Below, piece by piece: positions 25,319 to 32,000 of a stretch of DNA of 32,000 nt. Source of the DNA: Guillardia theta nucleomorph (taxonomy: Eukaryota; Protista; Cryptophyta). The stretch is taken from assembly GCA_000002975.1 (NCBI GenBank), contig AJ010592.2:90001-122000 (forward strand), read 5' to 3'. Below the pieces are notes generated by a model. It saw nothing but the letters and a program-made list of their open reading frames with translations, was not told the DNA's origin and did not search any database. The first letter of the stretch is position 1. Each line of letters begins with the position of its first letter. The position numbers were made by a program, and so were the translations under genes.

Positions 25319-26752
25319 ATGCTACAATTAGTTATTAAAATTTTTTATAATATTTGCACTTTTATTGCCAATATTGCATTAATTTTAAAATGCTTTATGG
25401 CTTCAAATGAAGCTAAACTATATTCATTTCTTAGGTTGCTATCACATCATGGAATAATGAGATTTTCATTTTCAGTGTTATTGATTAAATACCTTTCAAA
25501 AAATTTTGTATCAATTTTATTAAAAATATTCGAGCAATCTGATCAAGTAAAAAATGCAACATTATTCGAAACCATTTTAAAATTCTCTAAAAATAAAATA
25601 TTAACGCAATCAATTAAAAATTCCATAATGGAATGTATAATAATTTTACTATTCTGTTCAAGAAAATTTACATTTTATTCTACTTTTATTTTTTTCGTTG
25701 CAACTATCTTTAAGACAATTCATGAACCTATTCTTGAAAAATTTTATGATAACTATGAAATAATCTTTAATTGGTTTGAAAATGAAGGAATCTTTTTGTT
25801 TAATTTTTCTCTATTGATAAGTTTAGAATCATTTTTTATTAGTTATTTTGACACAAGAACAATTCCTAGAATCGTAAATATACTGACAGGTCCAGAAATT
25901 TATCAAATTTCATATTACGTTCGAGGAAATTACATCTTTTCATTAATAAATTATTTTATTAAATGCAAAAAAAATAATGTTGTTGATACATTTATTTTAA
26001 TTTCTTATCTAAAATTATTGACAAATATCCTAAGTATAGGTATTTTTATCCTAAATTTAAATTGTATAGCTGTTACAAATAGATCTGTTTTTAAATATTT
26101 TGCAATAAGAAGAACTTTTATTTGTATAAAAATTTTAATTGATATCAATCAAGAAATTGTTAGATACAGAAAGACAAAATACAGCATTCAAAATTTATTA
26201 AATTCTCCAACAATGGATGACATGAATTTTCAAAATGATAAACTTTGTATAATTTGCAGAGATGAATTTAATTTCGAAGATTCAAAAATTTTATCGTGCA
26301 AACATATTTATCATATTAAATGTTTACAAACATGGTTAATCAGACAATATTGTTGCCCAATTTGTTTAGCTCCAATATCAACTAAATCTAAAAAACTACA
26401 AACGATAATTAATGATAAATCGAGTAATAGAGGTTGTGTGTTATTTTTAAAGTTTATTAAACGAGTGTTGAAAATTAAAAAATTTTCTGGATCATCTGTA
26501 TTTAATAAATTTAACAAATTTTATCAAATTTCACATAATTCTTTATTTGAATTTTTTAAAAATCATAACAATAAAATTACTCTAATCGAAAAAAAGCAAA
26601 TCTATAAATATTTTAGAAAAATTTTAAATTTAAACCAGTTTTATCAAAATCAAAAACGAAAATTATCGAAAATTTTTCAGGCAGTTACTGAATCTGAGTA
26701 TAATACATCTAAAGATACAAATTTTAGATACTTTGATTTATGGTCAAGATAA
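25319..26752 (+). CDS. hrd1: Hrd1-like membrane RING-H2 E3 ubiquitin ligase (ERAD/SELMA component, ORF477)
   Basis: Multiple hydrophobic segments followed by PT.DD.....DKLCIICRDE......KILSCKHIYHIKCLQTWL.RQ..CPIC, the Hrd1-type RING-H2. Confidence 0.85.
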   Translation: MLQLVIKIFYNICTFIANIALILKCFMASNEAKLYSFLRLLSHHGIMRFSFSVLLIKYLSKNFVSILLKIFEQSDQVKNATLFETILKFSKNKILTQSIKNSIMECIIILLFCSRKFTFYSTFIFFVATIFKTIHEPILEKFYDNYEIIFNWFENEGIFLFNFSLLISLESFFISYFDTRTIPRIVNILTGPEIYQISYYVRGNYIFSLINYFIKCKKNNVVDTFILISYLKLLTNILSIGIFILNLNCIAVTNRSVFKYFAIRRTFICIKILIDINQEIVRYRKTKYSIQNLLNSPTMDDMNFQNDKLCIICRDEFNFEDSKILSCKHIYHIKCLQTWLIRQYCCPICLAPISTKSKKLQTIINDKSSNRGCVLFLKFIKRVLKIKKFSGSSVFNKFNKFYQISHNSLFEFFKNHNNKITLIEKKQIYKYFRKILNLNQFYQNQKRKLSKIFQAVTESEYNTSKDTNFRYFDLWSR

Positions 26753-26788
26753 AAAAGATATATCTTTCTAATAATAACCTTTATCTAT

Positions 26789-27634
26789 TCAAATGATTGT
26801 TACTAAATTGGATATAATAATTAAATTTTTTGAAATTAATTTTCTAACTTTGGATAGTAATTCCTCCAATGACCGATAGATTTTTTTGTTGGAAATTTTA
26901 ATATTTAGAATAAGTGTTCTTAGTTTTATTATAGTTTCTATAATTATTTTAGTTATATCTAAATTATACTTTGATATAAACAATTTTTTGTCGAATGCCT
27001 TAGAATCAATTGAGCATTTAAATACAGATGAAATTAACAATTCTTCAATGACATTTTTTATAGTCGAAATTCTTAGAGAATAATAGTATTTATTAATACC
27101 TTGATCATCCTTTTGAAAAGATTTAGTATCTATATTTGATGTAATTGATAATGATTCTCTTTCAAGTCTAACTTTTTGATTTCCAGAAAATAATCGATAA
27201 GCCTCGATAAACATTCTATTTTTAAAAGATTGAATAGGATCAATTACAATTGCTACAGATCTTTTATTGAGGTTTTCAAAATTTTGCTGAGTATTAATAT
27301 CTACTCCAGACAGCCAGCAACCAAAACCTGGATGAGAATGGTACCAGCCAACAATTAAAGATTTGTTACCAAGCTGAGATAATAAGTCCAGCATTTTAGT
27401 TTGAAACGATGGATCAAGTGATTCGACTGAAATTCCAGTTCCAGTTTGTGGCATGGCAAAGACGTCATTAACAGAAATATTTATTTCATCGACGAAGTTA
27501 CCTAATAGAAGACCCATAACTTCTACTGGAACACCTGCTTTAGAGTGTTTCAACATTTTTATAAGTGCAAGAGAGGAAATATTTATGGATTCATCTGAAT
27601 AGAAGCTAAATAAATCTTTACTTAACCACGACAT
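26789..27634 (-). CDS. rpn11: 26S proteasome lid deubiquitinase Rpn11 (JAMM/MPN+)
   Basis: ISSLALIKMLKH.KAGVP.EVMGL, DVFAMPQ.GTG, GWYHSHPGFGCWLSGVD.NTQ. Confidence 0.97.
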   Translation of the reverse strand: MSWLSKDLFSFYSDESINISSLALIKMLKHSKAGVPVEVMGLLLGNFVDEINISVNDVFAMPQTGTGISVESLDPSFQTKMLDLLSQLGNKSLIVGWYHSHPGFGCWLSGVDINTQQNFENLNKRSVAIVIDPIQSFKNRMFIEAYRLFSGNQKVRLERESLSITSNIDTKSFQKDDQGINKYYYSLRISTIKNVIEELLISSVFKCSIDSKAFDKKLFISKYNLDITKIIIETIIKLRTLILNIKISNKKIYRSLEELLSKVRKLISKNLIIISNLVTII

Positions 27635-27643
27635 GTTATCTAT

Positions 27644-27716
27644 GCCTTGATAGCTCAGTTGGTAGAGCGATAGGCTTTTAACCTATTGGTCATGGGTTCG
27701 AATCCCATTCAAGGCG
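27644..27716 (+). tRNA. trnK(UUU): tRNA-Lys(UUU)
   Basis: GCCTTGA/TCAAGGC acceptor, GCTC/GAGC D-stem, ATAGG-CTTTTAA-CCTAT anticodon arm, ATGGG-TTCGAAT-CCCAT T-arm; no insertion. Confidence 0.97.
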
Positions 27717-27720
27717 AATA

Positions 27721-28881
27721 TTAATAATCTTTTTTACCTAAAACATTTTTGATGTACTCGATTTTCCTTTTTGAAATATTAAGTTCTGCTATCTTAATAT
27801 TTAGAATACTTTCAATTTTCTGAAATGTTCGTAAATCATATTGAGTTATCAAACTTATAGCTCTTCCTGCTCTTCCTGCTCTTCCTGTTCTTCCCGTTCT
27901 ATGTATATAATCCTTTAGATAAATAGGAAAATCATAGTTAATTATTAAAGAAACAGCACATATATCTAGACCTCTCGAAGCAAGATCAGTTGCTACTAAA
28001 ATTTTTTTTTTTCCATTAGTAAATTTACTCAATGTATCAATTCTTTCATTTTGAGATAATGATCCATGAATAATGTAACAATCAAATGAAAATTTTTTTA
28101 ATAAAATACTTATTTTTTCGGTCATTTTCTGAGTTTCAACAAAACAAATCAATTTTTCTTCATAAAATTCATTTATTAAATATAATAAATAAATTTCTTT
28201 ATATCTAAAAGGACAAAAAATGTAATTTTGTATTAAATTAGGAGAAATAAAAAAATTCTGATTAATAATAATTCTTACAGGATTTGAAATCTTAAAAAAT
28301 TTTATTTTTTCTAAGCCCAGAGACATTGTAGCTGAAAATAACATTAATTTTTTGTTTTTATTAGTTTTTGAATTAATTATATTTATTTCTCTCTTAAAAT
28401 CAGAATGAATTAGTTTATCAGCCTCATCTAAAACTAAATCAGTACAGAATTTAATTTCTAAATTTTTTGTCAATTTAAGTATTTCAACCAATCTACCTGG
28501 AGTAGAAATAATAATATCTGGATTAGAACTGATCATTACTAATTGAACATTTGGATCAATACCACCTGTTAAAGAGGCAATTCTTATATTAAAAACGCAA
28601 GAAATTGTTTCAAATGTGGTGCTTATTTGAAAAACCAATTCACGAGAAGGAACAATTATGATAGGAAGATAATTATTTTTTTTGTAAAGTAATTTTTGTA
28701 AAAGAGGAAGTATATACGCTAAAGTTTTTCCCGATCCAGTTTGTGAATATACTAATAAATCTTTTCCTATTAAAAAATGTGGTATAGTATAAACTTGAAC
28801 TTTTGTAGCTTTTTTAAAACCTACTGCTTCACATACTCTACTAATCTGCTTACAAATACCAATTTGATCAAACTTTACCAT
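27721..28881 (-). CDS. rrp3: DEAD-box RNA helicase, Rrp3/DDX47-like
   Basis: First ATG at 28881 (track start is TTG). Q-motif, SQTGSGKT, PSREL, TPGRL, DEAD, SAT, ATDLASRGLD, YIHRTGRTGRAG; K.YIHR and AISLITQYD suggest the Rrp3/Dbp8 group. Confidence 0.8.
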   Translation of the reverse strand: MVKFDQIGICKQISRVCEAVGFKKATKVQVYTIPHFLIGKDLLVYSQTGSGKTLAYILPLLQKLLYKKNNYLPIIIVPSRELVFQISTTFETISCVFNIRIASLTGGIDPNVQLVMISSNPDIIISTPGRLVEILKLTKNLEIKFCTDLVLDEADKLIHSDFKREINIINSKTNKNKKLMLFSATMSLGLEKIKFFKISNPVRIIINQNFFISPNLIQNYIFCPFRYKEIYLLYLINEFYEEKLICFVETQKMTEKISILLKKFSFDCYIIHGSLSQNERIDTLSKFTNGKKKILVATDLASRGLDICAVSLIINYDFPIYLKDYIHRTGRTGRAGRAGRAISLITQYDLRTFQKIESILNIKIAELNISKRKIEYIKNVLGKKDY

Positions 28882-28917
28882 CTTAAGAACCCTCAAATTT
28901 TTCAGATTGATAATTAG

Positions 28918-29943
28918 ATGAAATCTAACAAAATTTCAACTAAAATTTTCCCTTTTGAATTAGAAATATTTCATTGTAAAAAAATAGAAAGGTACTTCAT
29001 TCATAATATTCAAAAATTTTTAAATCAAAATTATATCGAAGATATTATATCTTCTCTTAGATTTAACTATTCACACGAGCTTTTATTTTTTATAATATCA
29101 TGTCCTGAATTTACAGAATTTATTAAATTGATTGTTAGATTCAAAAGAAAGAATAGTATATGTGGATTTATAAACGCTCAGATAGCTAAACTTATTAACC
29201 AAAGGTTTTTTTATTTATCTACTGAAATAAATTTTTATTGTCTTGACAAAAAATTTAGGAAAAAAAATTTTTCCAATGATATAATTGATAAAATAAATTC
29301 TAGAACAAATACTTTTGGTATTTTTAGTGGGATTTTCACTACCTCACTAAAATTGCTAGACTCATACAGTAAAGACAAATACATGTATTCAACAATTAAT
29401 CATATGAAGTTATTTAGATTGGGTTTTAAATCTGTAAACTTTTCAGACAAAAAAATAAAAAGTTTACATTTAAATTTGAGTTCAAGTTTGAGAAATTATA
29501 GTAATTTTTTAACCAATTTTAAAATCAATAATATATTTTTTTCAATATATAAACATTATGTTTTATCTGAACTTAAATATTGGTTTCGTACTATCAATGG
29601 AGTAACATATTTATTAAATGACGGAAAATTAACTAATAATTTCAATTTCTTAAAAATCTATTTTGTTTGCTATAAAATACTACACTGTAAGTCAAAATTT
29701 ATTCATTCAGCTTATGAACTGTGGCACATGAATTTTCAGTTGAAAAAAAATTTCTTTGAAGAAGCAAAATGTTTCTTTAAACTTTTAAAGATAGATATTT
29801 TTTTTATACTTCATGGAAAGACAAATAAAATACTCAGAAAAATATTTAATTTTAAAAAAAGTTTCGGTAAAATAAGATTTTGCTCTCATAATTTAACAAT
29901 AAAAACTAGTAAAAATCGAGTTATTGGTTTGATGATATTTTAA
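28918..29943 (+). CDS. nmt1: Glycylpeptide N-myristoyltransferase, highly divergent
   Basis: LRFNYS.E.L, EINFYCLDKKFRKK (cf. EINFLCVHKKLRSKR), INHMKLFRLGF (cf. LNPKKL..VGF), FKKSFGKIRF, terminal IGLMIF. Confidence 0.8.
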   Translation: MKSNKISTKIFPFELEIFHCKKIERYFIHNIQKFLNQNYIEDIISSLRFNYSHELLFFIISCPEFTEFIKLIVRFKRKNSICGFINAQIAKLINQRFFYLSTEINFYCLDKKFRKKNFSNDIIDKINSRTNTFGIFSGIFTTSLKLLDSYSKDKYMYSTINHMKLFRLGFKSVNFSDKKIKSLHLNLSSSLRNYSNFLTNFKINNIFFSIYKHYVLSELKYWFRTINGVTYLLNDGKLTNNFNFLKIYFVCYKILHCKSKFIHSAYELWHMNFQLKKNFFEEAKCFFKLLKIDIFFILHGKTNKILRKIFNFKKSFGKIRFCSHNLTIKTSKNRVIGLMIF

Positions 29944-30006
29944 TCAGTGTAACTATGAGGTTAAGTGTCATTAATAATTTCATTTAATTAGTTGTCATCA
30001 TGTGAA
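29941..30006 (-). ncRNA. Box C/D snoRNA, U46/snR63-like, guiding 2'-O-methylation in LSU helix 69 (equivalent of yeast 25S Am2256)
   Basis: Minus strand: ATGATGA (C, 30001-29995) ... ATGA (D') ... ATGACA (C'-like) ... TCATAGTTAC-A-CTGA (D, 29947-29944). The 10-nt guide is complementary to invariant LSU GUAACUAUGA. Ends approximate. Confidence 0.82.
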
Positions 30007-30057
30007 CATTTAAGGAAATCATATCGATAGATGTGTGTTTGTTAAGATTTAAACCAT

Positions 30058-31842
<1,785 letters not shown>

Positions 31843-31882
31843 TTATTTTTATACAATATATACATAACAATCAAATAAAATT

Positions 31883-32000
31883 TCATGGTGTCAAAATACA
31901 GTAGCCGCCTGCTTTTTTAATTTTTTTAACGGCAACTTTACTAAATGAATTAGCTTTAATAACAAATGGTTTTTGAACCATTCTTCCTCTTCCTAATACT
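31883..32000 (-). CDS. rpl27A: 60S ribosomal protein L27A (uL15), 3' end only (runs off window)
   Basis: Not in ORF track. Minus strand translates VLGRGRMVQKPFVIKANSFSKVAVKKIKKAGGYCILTP*, matching the uL15/L27A C-terminus. Confidence 0.92.
   Translation of the reverse strand, partial: VLGRGRMVQKPFVIKANSFSKVAVKKIKKAGGYCILTP

Noticed and set aside
26311-27083. ORFs 26311-26517 and 26886-27083
   Set aside because: Antisense shadows of hrd1 and rpn11.
27860-27900. 9-bp tandem repeat (TCTTCCTGC)n
   Set aside because: Encodes helicase motif VI and flank (HRTGRTGRAGRAGRA) at normal length; a codon-level coincidence, not an expansion or array.

Overview
Extremely AT-rich, gene-dense eukaryotic DNA. 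Spacers are mostly under about 125 nt and several genes overlap. It encodes cytosolic-type ribosomal proteins, 26S proteasome subunits, CCT, RNA polymerase II/TFIID subunits and rRNA-processing factors. These are interspersed with cyanobacterial-type genes carrying N-terminal extensions (VKOR/LTO1-like, ycf20, dnaG, cpn60) and an Hrd1-like RING-H2 ligase. This combination is diagnostic of a cryptophyte nucleomorph chromosome, most likely Guillardia theta (inference). Beyond the ORF track I find three tRNAs (Ile-UAU with a 6-nt insertion in the T-loop, Ser-GCU, Lys-UUU), a 45-nt spliceosomal intron right after the ATG of rps17, and the 3' end of rpl27A. There are also two box C/D snoRNAs in tiny spacers (U38/snR61-like and U46/snR63-like, the latter with a possible second rRNA-pairing element) and a weaker H/ACA candidate. 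The most interesting unverified leads come from by-eye homology. Orphan ORF331 ends in a block resembling the N-terminal part of a eukaryotic DNA-transposase-like family and overlaps dnaG by one base (TAATG). Orphan ORF231 resembles a Hat1 acetyltransferase truncated before its acetyl-CoA motif. All family assignments are by recalled motifs; no searches were run.
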